64,000 bases of DNA from Balanoglossus misakiensis (GCA_040954595.2 CM082578.2:16352998-16416997), one strand, 5' to 3'. Shown: positions 51,401 to 63,987, counted from the stretch's first letter. Notes: generated by a model not told the origin, from the sequence alone. Made by a program: numbers and translations.

Positions 51401-54400
51401 AAATCATCAGAAAATGAGAATTTTTCGACTTTGCGGAATTTCAAAATTTGGTCGATTTTTGAAAAAATCATGGGTTATAGCTCATGAAAATCATCAGAAA
51501 ATGAGAATTTTTCGACTTTGCGGAATTTCAAAATTTGGTCGATTTTTGAAAAAATCATGGGTTATAGCTCATGAAAATCATCAGAAAATGAGAATTTTTC
51601 GACTTTGCGGAATTTCAAAATTTGGTCGATTTTTGAAAAAATCATGGGTTATAGCTCATGAAAATCATCAGAAAATGAGAATTTTTCGACTTTGCGGAAT
51701 TTCAAAATTTGGTCGATTTTTGAAAAAAATCATGGGTTATAGCTCATGAAAATCATCAGAAAATGAGAATTTTTCGACTTTGCGGAATTTCAAAATTTGG
51801 TCGATTTTTGAAAAAATCATGGGTTATAGCTCATGAAAATCATCAGAAAATGAGAATTTTTCGACTTTGCGGAATTTCAAAATTTGGTCGATTTTTGAAA
51901 AAATCATGGGTTATAGCTCATGAAAATCATCAGAAAATGAGAATTTTTCGACTTTGCGGAATTTCAAAATTTGGTCGATTTTTGAAAAAATCATGGGTTA
52001 TAGCTCATGAAAATCATCAGAAAATGAGAATTTTTCGACTTTGCGGAATTTCAAAATTTGGTCGATTTTTGAAAAAATCATGGGTTATAGCTCATGAAAA
52101 TCATCAGAAAATGAGAATTTTTCGACTTTGCGGAATTTCAAAATTTGGTCGATTTTTGAAAAAATCTTGGGTTATAGCTCATGAAAATCATCAGAAAATG
52201 AGAATTTTTCGACTTTGCGGAATTTCAAAATTTGGTCGATTTTTGAAAAAATCATGGGTTATAGCTCATGAAAATCATCGGAAAATGAGAATTTTTCGAC
52301 TTTGCGGAATTTCAAAATTTGGTCGATTTTTGAAAAAAATCATGGGTTATAGCTCATGAAAATCATCGGAAAATGACAATTTTTCGACTTTGCGGAATTT
52401 CAAAATTTGGTCGATTTTTAAAAAAATCATGGGTTATAGCTCATGAAAATCATCAGAAAATGACAATTTTTCGACTTTGCGGAATTTCAAAATTTGGTCG
52501 ATTTTTGAAAAAAATCATGGGTTATAGCTCATGAAAATCATCAGAAAATGACAATTTTTCGACTTTGCGGAATTTCAAAATTTGGTCGATTTTTGAAAAA
52601 AATCATGGGTTATAGCTCATGAAAATCATCAGAAAATGACAATTTTTCGACTTTGCGGAATTTCAAAATTTGGTCGATTTTTGAAAAAATCATGGGTTAT
52701 AGCTCATGAAAATCATCAGAAAATGAGAATTTTTCGACTTTGCGGAATTTCAAAATTTGGTCGATTTTTGAAAAAATCATGGGTTATAGCTCATGAAAAT
52801 CATCAGAAAATGAGAATTTTTCGACTTTGCGGAATTTCAAAATTTGGTCGATTTTTGAAAAAATCATGGGTTATAGCTCATGAAAATCATCAGAAAATGA
52901 GAATTTTTCGACTTTGCGGAATTTCAAAATTTGGTCGATTTTTGAAAAAATCATGGGTTATAGCTCATGAAAATCATCAGAAAATGAGAATTTTTCGACT
53001 TTGCGGAATTTCAAAATTTGGTCGATTTTTGAAAAAATCATGGGTTATAGCTCATGAAAATCATCAGAAAATGAGAATTTTTCGACTTTGCGGAATTTCA
53101 AAATTTGGTCGATTTTTGAAAAAATCATGGGTTATAGCTCATGAAAATCATCAGAAAATGAGAATTTTTCGACTTTGCGGAATTTCAAAATTTGGTCGAT
53201 TTTTGAAAAAATCATGGGTTATAGCTCATGAAAATCATCAGAAAATGAGAATTTTTCGACTTTGCGGAATTTCAAAATTTGGTCGATTTTTGAAAAAATC
53301 ATGGGTTATAGCTCATGAAAATCATCAGAAAATGAGAATTTTTCGACTTTGCGGAATTTCAAAATTTGGTCGATTTTTGAAAAAATCATGGGTTATAGCT
53401 CATGAAAATCATCAGAAAATGAGAATTTTTCGACTTTGCGGAATTTCAAAATTTGGTCGATTTTTGAAAAAATCTTGGGTTATAGCTCATGAAAATCATC
53501 AGAAAATGAGAATTTTTCGACTTTGCGGAATTTCAAAATTTGGTCGATTTTTGAAAAAATCATGGGTTATAGCTCATGAAAATCATCGGAAAATGAGATT
53601 TTTCGACTTTGCGGAATTTCAAAATTTGGTCGATTTTTGAAAAAAATCATGGGTTATAGCTCATGAAAATCATCGGAAAATGAGAATTTTTCGACTTTGC
53701 GGAATTTCAAAATTTGGTCGATTTTTAAAAAAATCATGGGTTATAGCTCATGAAAATCATCAGAAAATGACAATTTTTCGACTTTGCGGAATTTCAAAAT
53801 TTGGTCGATTTTTGAAAAAAATCATGGGTTATAGCTCATGAAAATCATCAGAAAATGACAATTTTTCGACTTTGCGGAATTTCAAAATTTGGTCGATTTT
53901 TGAAAAAAATCATGGGTTATAGCTCATGAAAATCATCAGAAAATGACAATTTTTCGACTTTGCGGAATTTCAAAATTTGGTCGATTTTTGAAAAAAATCA
54001 TTGGTTATAGCTCATGAAAATCATCAGAAAATGAGAATTTTTCGACTTTGCGGAATTTCAAAATTTGGTCGATTTTTGAAAAAATCATGGGTTATAGCTC
54101 ATGAAAATCATCAGAAAATGAGAATTTTTCGACTTTGCGGAATTTCAAAATTTGGTCGATTTTTGAAAAAATCATGGGTTATAGCTCATGAAAATCATCA
54201 GAAAATGAGAATTTTTCGACTTTGCGGAATTTCAAAATTTGGTCGATTTTTGAAAAAATCATGGGTTATAGCTCATGAAAATCATCAGAAAATGAGAATT
54301 TTTCGACTTTGCGGAATTTCAAAATTTGGTCGATTTTTGAAAAAATCATGGGTTATAGCTCATGAAAATCATCAGAAAATGAGAATTTTTCGACTTTGCG

Positions 54401-55320
54401 GAATTTCAAAATTTGGTCGATTTTTGAAAAAATCATGGGTTATAGCTCATGAAAATCATCAGAAAATGAGAATTTTTCGACTTTGCGGAATTTCAAAATT
54501 TGGTCGATTTTTGAAAAAATCATGGGTTATAGCTCATGAAAATCATCAGAAAATGACAATTTTTTGAAAAAATCATGGGTTATAGCTCATGAAAATCATC
54601 AGAAAATGACAATTTTTCGACTTTGCGGAATTTCAAAATTTGGTCGATTTTTGAAGAAATCATGCGTTTATAGCTCATGAAAATCATCAAAAAATGAGAA
54701 TTTTTCGACTTTGCGGAATTTCAAAATTTGATCGATTTTTGAAAAAATCATGGGTTATAGCTCATGAAAATCATCAGAAAATGACAATTTTTCGACTTTG
54801 CGGAATTTCAAAATTTCGTCGATTTTGGAAAAAATCATGGGTTATAGCTCATGAAAATCATCAGAAAATGACAATTTTTCGACTTTGCGGAATTTCAAAA
54901 TTTGGTCGATTTTTGAAAAAATCATGGATTATAGCTTATGAAAGTCATCAAAAAATGAGAATTTTTCGACTTTGCGGAATTTCAAAATTTGATCGATTTT
55001 TGAAAAAATCATGGGTTATAGCTCATGAAAATCATCAGAAAATGACAATTTTTCGACTTTGCGGAATTTCAAAATTTCGTCGATTTTTGAAAAAATCATG
55101 GGTTATAGCTCATGAAAATCATCAGAAAATGACAATTTTTCGACTTTGCGGAATTTCAAAATTTGGTCGATTTTTGAAAAAATCATGGATTATAGCTTAT
55201 GAAAGTCATCAGAAAATGACAATTTTTCGACTTTGCGGAATTTCAAAATTTGGTCGATTTTTGAAAAAATCATGGATTATAGCTCATGAAAGTCATCAAA
55301 AAATGAAAACATTTCGACTT
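39416..55320. repeat. 87-bp tandem satellite array, about 183 copies (~15.9 kb)
   Basis: Consensus ATGA(G/C)AATTTTTCGACTTTGCGGAATTTCAAAATTTGGTCGATTTTTGAAAAAA(T/C)CATGGGTTATAGCTCATGAAAATCATCAGAAA, head-to-tail, near-identical, with no spacers. Confidence 0.98.
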
Positions 55321-55466
55321 CGCGAATTTTGGCATTTTAATGTCATATGCATGGATTCTAACTCATACACACTAAAAAAAAACGAAAAATTCTTGACTAC
55401 GCAAATGTTGGTCTTTTTGGCATTTTAATGTCATATGCATGGATTCTTACTCATACACACTAAAAA
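55321..55466. repeat. Diverged satellite-related monomers, right flank
   Basis: Two copies of TTTTGGCATTTTAATGTCATATGCATGGATTCT.ACTCATACACACTAAAAA, matching the left-flank family at ~39165-39220. Confidence 0.8.
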
Positions 55467-56169
55467 TATTACAACCAATCATATAAGCCAGCTATAGTAT
55501 TGTCTATAGTAGCTCCAAGTATATCCAAGATTTTATTAATCTACGACATATATGTCATTTGTTAATAATGGTTGAGAGCTAAGTTTTGTTTCTGTTCAGG
55601 CAAGCAAATAATTTCAACACTTCACTTCCAATATCTCCTTTAAAATATATACATTTATCATAAAATATGAACAGTCACAGTATTTAAGAAAACAGGTTGG
55701 AACGAGAGCTGCAAAGGCAGTTTATTCCGGTCTATTTCAGTAATTTGTCTCATATCACTTCTGGACAGCAACTGTTTGACCTTGTGTCTAAACAAATGTC
55801 AAGCTATGCACATGTGCACCGATGACACAGTTTCTTGAAGCAAAAACAACATGTGGAAGACATAACATACTAAGATTGCTATAGCCCTTTTAACCTGAAT
55901 GGGGAGAATACGTGCTGAATGACACCAGAGGTCACCAGGGGTCAAGGTGAAAAGACCATGAAACACACACAATTTGTTCATACTCTTTCAAATTGTGTCT
56001 CTTGTTGGAAACATAAGATTTTCGATTCTGCCCTGTGAAGGTCACCTTGACACTTGAGATGAAAGGCATATGACCTGTGTAGCACAGTTTCTTGAACTAA
56101 AGTTCATGTTGTTGGAAGACATCCAATTATGAGGAATTTGGGGTGAGCACGTCAAGCATTCAGTCAGAT

Positions 56170-59100
56170 TTACAGCTTGTAAACTTTAACCGTAGAGGCC
56201 TCATCACCATTTTTCTCATGCCCTTTCCTGCAGAAGGCAAACAGATTAATTTTCATTAGGATTCAAATACGTGTACACTATAGCATTTTTTGTAAACTTG
56301 TGTATGAGAATGTGATTTGAACTTAAAGTTTATAAGACAAGGACATGTGCATGGACTATATTTGGTGCTCTTATAATAATACATGCGGAATTCCAGATAC
56401 TGGAAACTGTATTGCTTTGCAGGATGCCCCCAAAATCTCTTGCAAAAACATTTAGTGACAACACATGTCGCTACATTTGAATGGGCCATGAGCAACTTTC
56501 ACTTTTCCAGCACTTTTAACAACTTTCCAGTAGTTTGAAAATTCCTGGATTTTCCTGGATTTCTTGGACCTTTGAGTCCAGTGTCCAAAGATTTCACATG
56601 CTCAACAGACAAACACATATCCAGTACACTTACATTCCAAAGTACTGTCCGTCTTCCAGAGTCTCTGGTAATTCCCTGTTCCGCGTCTCTGGCAGAAGAA
56701 GAGCCAACATTCCCGCGATGATCGACGTCACTCCCATGATGACAAACGGCATCGGACCCCAGAACACGTCAAGTAACATGACGTACGGAGACAAGATGCT
56801 GCCGACACGCGCTGACATGGATGACACGCCCATGCAGGTGTTCCTGGAAAACAAATTGTGATATTGAGTGATTATAAGTACCTGAAGTAAGTATTGAGCA
56901 ATTTGCCAATTCTTGTTTATACAGTGTTTGTTCATCGTACCTGCAGAAGTCTACCATTTTGTTCTGATGTTTTATAATGACTCTAAGACATACAGGACAG
57001 TCAACTGTTGGATCACAGCCTACATGTACTATACACTAGCAATCTAATGATATCATCCTTTTACTCAATACAACATTTTTCTCTACAAATGCATTACTCT
57101 ACATTCCAGACTTGTACACAAGCCCGTAGAATTACTTACCTGACAACTGTTGGATAGATTTCTGCACTGTATAAATAAACCATTGTAAAAACTGCTGCTA
57201 AGCACAGTTTTGACACCATTGCTATGGAAACTGTAAGCGTAACATTTTCTGAAACAGAAAGAAGTGCACTAATGATATGAATCACCGAGAGATATTATTT
57301 CTAGGATGATCAACAGCTGGAACATCAAGGACCTCTCTTTGACCAATACAATGCCATGTAGCATTCTACTTAGCTTTGGCAAAGCAACTGAATTACTGAT
57401 TGGCTAATGAATGATTTAAGCTGATATCCTTGACTATGCACTGTTATACACCAAAATACAGCTGCAAAAGTTCAAATGGTCATCCACATCAAGGGGATAC
57501 CACCAAAATCATCTTAACATACACACCTGGTGGTACACTTAACATCAACGCTATACCACCAACAGCTGCAAAGCCGCAGAGCGACCATCGTCTACCAATC
57601 AGATTCATCAACCCCCACGCTAAGAGACGTCCTGGCACTTCCACCACTCCAGCCAGGAAGAAGGTGAGATACGGATTATTTCCAATCTGATCGGTGTTCA
57701 GAGATATCCCATAATAGACAAATCCGCAGGAAAACCTGGAAGTCAGAAAGCAAATATTTCATTTACTGTTGACAGCACAGGGGTGTGTACAACATTGCGA
57801 AGTTTGTGCAGTTTTCTGGAATATACGGCAGTATCACCAGCCATGATTTGCCAGAAGAAGAGGGTTAATTCACACATTGGTGGTGGTGATGGTGGTGGTA
57901 CATGCCATGTGTACCCCTCACACACACACATATACACACACAATACTGTACATACTTGTACGAAATTCTTACAGCCATACCTACCAGTTAAAACACATGA
58001 AGAACAGATTGAGTCGGAGTCGCGGGGTTTTTAAGACATCAATCAGTGTAGCATGATGCCTCTGAAAAAAAGATCAGACAAAAGTACAGGTCAGAATGCA
58101 CTGTATCTGATATCTGAAGCCTGGAAAAGGAATATTTTACTGAAAGGGTCTTGATGTCTTGAGCCATGTTGCCAGCAACTTTTTCTTTTATAATTGTCAA
58201 ATGAAAGCAATTAAAACACAGAAAAAGTTATACAGTTTATGAATGATCTGATAACCTTTTTTGGCAAGCAACTAAGCAATGTCAACTTGAGAGTCTATGG
58301 ACGACAAACCTGTGTGACCTGCATTTCTTCAGGAATTTTCTTCTCTAATAATTCATAATCAAAGATGTTTTCTGGCAGATTTTTCTTGTTGAATTTAGCA
58401 AACCTTCTGAGGACTTTCTCTGCTTTTTTATATTCCTTCTTCAGCATTAACCACATGGGAGTCTCCAGTATAACTCTGTGTAGGAGAAAAAAATAGAGAA
58501 AATTATGCATAATGTCCTTAACAATTTTACTAATATGGAGTTCAATTTCAAAGATGTTCCTCATGGATTTGACTGATATGAAAACGCAGAGAAGACTTAC
58601 AAGAAGGCCGGCAGAAAGAGGATCCACATAAGACCCGATATCAGTTGAATCTGTCTCCAGTTGCCATGACACAATGCCGCAAGTCCGCCAAACATCATGT
58701 AAAACACACTGAAGGCAATACGCAGTATGGTACCACACCTGGTTCGGTACTCTAGACCAATCATTTCCATGACTAGAAAGAAAACAAAAAATTTACAGTG
58801 GTCAGTGCATTCCTGTTTTTGATTTGTTACTTTTTTTCTTTTTTGTGACTTTCCCATGCTGGGTCACAGTGATGACCCTTGACCCCACTGAGTACAAACA
58901 AATTGCACTGACCTATGACATTGCCTGTGACATACAGAGAGTGTGGAAAGACACCCAAGAAGAACTGACCAATCAGAAAGACAATGTAGGACGGCGCGAA
59001 TGCAGTCACAACCGCGGTGACCAATGAAAGCACTATGTTGATGAGGAAAATTGGACGACGACCAAATCTGAAAAGTTTAATAAAATACAATGTAAATTAT

Positions 59101-59971
59101 TAACACATTTTTAATTAAAAAAATAATTTCAGCTGTCTGAGCTGAGAAAAAGAATGTGTGGTTCTTGTGGCATATAAGTGCAGAGGTTAAAATGAATCAT
59201 AATGAAAAGACAAACAAGTAATATTAGAAGTTCCTTACATGTCTGCAAGCTGGCCGAACACCACGACTCCTATAAGGTTTCCAAGTGGTAAAACAGATTT
59301 TGAAAGTTGTCTCATCCATCCATTGTCACAAACGAGATCGTACTACGGGCAAAATGAAAATGAGAAAAGCTAAATGGAGCTGGGTTAATAATAGTCTGGG
59401 GCTAATAATAGCTTGATCAGATCTACCATTTTGAAACCCATCAAATACATGTACCGGTACTATATATTGCATGTGTGTGTGTTAGCCCTGCGTACAGGTC
59501 TGCATGCCCCCGTACGCAGACGTGTCCGCAGGGCTAACTTGTGTGTGTGTTCTAGAATATGTGATCGGTTGAATACAGTTAGTCAATACTTACTTCAATT
59601 ACCACTGTATTTTCATACCATGTTTTATCATAGACCCAGCCTTGGTCACAGCTGATCTCTTCGCTTCGAGGCGAGCAGACTTCATCTGAGATTCCCCGAG
59701 ATACGTTGACATCGTACCGCCGACATTTCGCCCAAGAAACGCCCCCTCCTTCAAGAGTGTAAGGAATGGTGCAGTTCTTCAGAGGAGACTGGTCGACATA
59801 AGTCTGATTGTCGTATACTTTACAGTAGTGGTCTGCCGAAGCGCTGTAGAAGGTGTTTCCCATCTGATAGAAAGCGGTGCTACCAGTGATGATCCATATC
59901 ACGATAAATTGTATTTTCTGGTAGCGTCCGAATCCACCAACCGTCCCGATTACATCCTCATAATGTTTCAT
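56170..59971 (-). CDS. SLC22 family organic cation/anion transporter-like protein, copy A (~545 aa, 10 exons)
   Basis: Exons (minus strand): 59971-59594, 59342-59239, 59067-58913, 58772-58601, 58475-58310, 58061-57985, 57735-57527, 57248-57140, 56843-56634, 56227-56170. Motifs VGGFGRYQ, CDQGWVYD...TVVIEYDLVC, FGRRP, ETPMWL, VYYGISLN, AEIYPTVVRN, SARVGSILSP and LPETRNRELPETLED. Confidence 0.9.
59481..59538. repeat. 58-bp imperfect palindrome in intron 1 of SLC22 copy A
   Basis: GTTAGCCCTGCG / CGCAGGGCTAAC is a perfect 12-bp outer stem. It continues through ACA/TGT and GTCTGC/GCAGAC to a CCCC loop. Confidence 0.75.
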
Positions 59972-60623
59972 TGTGACCGGTGACTGCCTCAAAGTGCTTT
60001 GCGCCCTAATATTTGGCCTTCCACCACTGGATACCCGCAATATTCACCTGTGTTGGTCTCTCAACTCATGCGATTGTTGTGTGTATGTACACATGGTAGG
60101 TCGCGTCGATGACCCTTAGGTCAAAGTTCATACTAACATGAATTCGAGAGTGACGTAACTCTACGTCGAGACGTTCGTGACTGTACATGAATACTTCCTG
60201 TGTTTCTTATTCCCGTTTGTGGTTTTCATGTTTGAGCAGATATCTTCCGCCTCATGAATAAAGATGTTTGTGGATTTAAGAAAAATCATCTTTCAAACTT
60301 TATTTAGAAAACAAAAGAGTACAGATGGCTGCTATACATATTTCAACTAGCAAAACATATTGCATTTTATATAGGAGAAATTTTGTGTTGCTCCCGTAAT
60401 TATTCGCTATATTCACAGTCACATGGCCAGTTGGAAATTAGGCCTTATAGATATAACACATAATAATCTATGGTTGGCTACCGTCAATTATTCTGAGAGA
60501 AGTCTAGAAGTCGAGTGATTATGAACTGAAGGAAGTTGTACAAATCGGTTCTGACGACCACGCCCCTTTTCAGTTAGAAACAGACCATTTTCACCACGGC
60601 ATTTCTGTTTGCCCATAAAACGA

Positions 60624-63600
60624 CTAGCCGTCCTCCAATGTTTCAGGCAGCGTCTTATTTCTCGTCTCTGGTAGAAACAGTGCCAGCAATCCAGCCAATA
60701 CTGACGTCACACCCATGACAACAAAGGGCAGCGGACCCCAGAACACTTCAAGTAAGATCACGAACGGAGATAGGATGCTGCCAACACGCGCTGACATAGA
60801 CGACACGCCCAATCCGGCATTTCTAAAAAAAAGTATACAGTATTTCTTTCAGTCGAGTTTGAACTTCGCGGTTCTAACAGGTACTTCAGTAAATACCACT
60901 TTTCATTCCGTTTTTAGCTCCCACATTCACACCTGATATAGTTATTGAACGTTAAACTTATGTATGTCTGTGTGTGTGTGCCCGTCTCTCTGTTCCATCT
61001 GTCATCAGATTGGAACCAAATTTGGTAGACATGTACTGATGTGGCAAGACCTGATTAGAGTCTGGTGGGCGTGGCTTACATATTACCTGACAACTGTTGG
61101 GTAGATCTCAGCTCCATAAACGTAAACAATACCGAATACAGCAGAAATGCACAGTTTTGCCACCATTGCTATGGCAACGGATAGCTTGCTGATTTCTGAT
61201 GCTGAGAAAAGGATAATAAGTATATTGATTTTAGCGACTTAATCTCTCTCCCTGTAAATCTATATTCGATACCACTATGATAAAGGCCACAAGTGGCATA
61301 AGTGACACACAAAAATTAAAAAGCAAACACTCATCAAAAAGGATTCGCACTCAACTTATCACACTCACCTATCGGCAAACTCAGCATCAACGCCACCCCT
61401 CCAACAATGGCAAATCCAGCAAGCGACCAACGTCTCCCGATGGCGTTCATTAGCCACCATGCCATTAAACATCCTGGAACTTCAACGGCGCCAGCGAGGA
61501 TAAAGGTTACATACGGGTTACTACCCAGCTGATCCGTATTCAGAGAGATTCCGTAATACACGAGGCTACATGAAAACCTAGAGATGTTGAAAAACAATAA
61601 ATGTACCAGCAGCAAAACAAACATTTTACAAAGTTGAAAAACAAAAGTTTCAAACTAAAGCACTTGAATTGAAAAGTCGATCAAAGTTTGTTTTCTTTCA
61701 GCCACACATTTCCAAGTACGAAATTAAGTTTTGTGGGTTTTCTTTGGTGGTGGTTTCAATCTGTTGCGTTAACCAAACTACATTCAGGACAAGACACTTT
61801 TCATGAGCATTTTCAAAGTTCAAAACTGGTGGTTCGTATTTGTCACGGTTTCATTGAACTGACCAAATCCAATCCCCGTCGTGTGCAATCTTAGATTTCA
61901 CGATCGCAAATTGAATCCACCCGCAAACTTCTTAAAGGGTGGGGGTTGTTCCGTCTGCGGCTGCGCGTATGGCTCCCATACGACATAAGCGAACAGCGGA
62001 GACACAAACGTATTTTCATTATTCGCCAGAAAACACTCACCAGTTGAAACACATCAGTAGAGTGTTAATGCATAGGTTTCGAGTCTTGAAAAGATCAAAC
62101 ATAGTATACAGGCGTTCCTACAATAAAATGAAACATGAAAATGTTATTTTTCATTTTCAAAGTGGTTCCTTCTCACGGAGACTAAAAAAAAGTGCGAAGA
62201 AATCGTTTTCAAGTTAAAAATGCCGAACACAAGCATTGGCCAGGTACATATTGTTTAACTTATTATTAAAATACCAACCAGGGATAATCATGCACAATTC
62301 AAGGAGCGGGAACTGGTATCGAAAACGACACTCATTACTTCCGGATTGGATGTAGCTGACGACAGATGAAAAAAAAACATTCAGCAATATTTTCAATCAC
62401 TCCACCTCGCCGCTGACGTCATCCTCCTCGGGTATCAAGCAGACCCCTTTATCTTCCGCAAACATGTCTTGTGGCAAAGTGGTCTTGTTCATTTTGGCGA
62501 ATTTCTTGAGAACCCTCTCGGCTTTATCGTATTTGCCTTTACGCAAAAGCCACATCGGGGTCTCCAGAATAAAGCTGCAAAGGATGTCCTAGTCAATCTT
62601 TCGAGCAAATATGTTATACGTAGTCGGGTTTTATGCATATATGATCTCAATTATCGCGATTGAAGGAAATTCCAAGTATCACTTGACAAGGAAATGTGCT
62701 GAAAATTTAGATATACCCCACACAAGTTTGAAAGGTCGTGTTTACTGACATGAGGTGACGCAAGTTGTTTGTTTGTTGGTTTGTTGGTTGGTTTGTATGG
62801 GGGTTGTAGATGCACGATTCTTTGGCGGTCAATTCCAATGGAAATTAATGGCTAGCAACTGGGAAAGAGTGAGAAATAAAACTTACAAAAACGAAAGTGG
62901 ATAAAGAAGCCAAATGAAGCCAACAGTCAAATGGATCAGTCTCCAATTACCAGCGCACAGAACAGCAATGGCGCCGTACAAAATGTAAAACACGCCAAAC
63001 GCCACTTGCTGTAAAGTTCCGCACATGGTTCTATATTCTGCTCCTACGATTTCCATTACTGCAATAAAGGTCGAACAAAATTAACAACTAATGAATCTGA
63101 ATTCAAATATAGGTAACAATTTAATATTATCAATTCCGAGTGGCGTATAGAAAATGCATTTAGGCAATCAACATATATATGGAAACCATCTTAAGTTTTA
63201 ACTTAGATGAAAACATTGTGTCATTGCATAAAATGTCGAAGCGGTTGTGTGTGTAGAACGGAGAGAGGTTAAATTTTCGCAAGGCAATAACTCATTACCT
63301 ATGACAAAGGCGACGACAAACACCGAGTGTGGAAAAGCTCCTAGAAAGAACTGCCCAACCACGAATCCTGCGTAACTTGGGCTAAATGGTGTAGCTATTG
63401 CTGTTACTATGGCAAGCACCGTGGTGACGAAGAGAATGGGCTTTCGGCCGAAGCTGAAAGGAAATCAGTAAAATTTTAAAAAGTTGCAAAAATGAGTGTT
63501 TCCTTATCAATGTATTTATCGATGGGAAAATTTGATCTAGTTCCATGATACGGAATGCTACTTTAAAAAAAACAATAGTTGAAATAGTCCTTCTCCCGTC

Positions 63601-63987
63601 ATTGGCGTATAGGTCTTTATTGAGGTAGGTCAGACATGATTACTGCGATAATTTTAACCTTTCCAAATTTGGAACTGTTCAGAACATCAGAGAAAATATA
63701 ATACCCATAAAAACATTCATTTCTGCCATTTTAATTTAATGTCTACGAAAAAAGGTGGCAAGATATATTCGTGAAATTTGTTATTTATATATCGCGGAAT
63801 TTAGCCTTTATAGTAGACTGGTAAATTTATTTTCTTTCCAAGAACAGTGCCGCAAAATAATTCACTGTTTTACATGTACCTACATATCTGAAAGTTGCCC
63901 AAATGTAACCGCGCCAAGGAGATTCCCGAGCGGAACGACCGATTTTGACAGCTGTTTCATCCAATCATTTGCACACACCAGGTTGTA
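60624..63987 (-). CDS. SLC22 family transporter-like protein, copy B (5'-partial: exon 1 lies beyond the window; C-terminal tail truncated)
   Basis: Exons (minus strand): 63987-63884, 63453-63299, 63058-62887, 62574-62406, 62117-62041, 61577-61369, 61195-61087, 60822-60624. Six exon lengths (104, 155, 172, 77, 209, 109) are identical to copy A and the same SLC22 motifs are present. Ends LPETLEDG-TAG. Confidence 0.85.
60911..61078. mobile_element. Possible DINE/HINE-like (Helentron-associated) interspersed repeat remnant in an SLC22 copy B intron
   Basis: Starts TTTTTAGCTC, carries a (TG)n/TGTC microsatellite and CCAAATTTGG, and ends GGGCGTGGC. Architecture resemblance only. Confidence 0.3.

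Noticed and set aside
39416-55320. CRISPR array
   Set aside because: There are no unique spacers (the whole monomer repeats), no cas genes, and the context is eukaryotic.
39618-55428. Very long ORFs (up to 1034 aa) of a repeated cationic 29-aa peptide, MRIFRLCGISKFGRFLKKSWVIAHENHQK, superficially like an antimicrobial-peptide polyprotein
   Set aside because: A by-product of an 87-bp (3x29) monomer lacking a stop in one frame. The two common variants are both non-synonymous, frameshifts are frequent and co-duplicated, and there is no signal peptide, splice structure or unique terminus. Only Ribo-seq or proteomic evidence would revive it.
59972-60040. N-terminal extension of SLC22 copy A in the ORF track
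   Set aside because: It begins at a non-ATG codon. The ATG at 59971 gives the typical family start (MKHYEDVIGTVGGFGRYQ).
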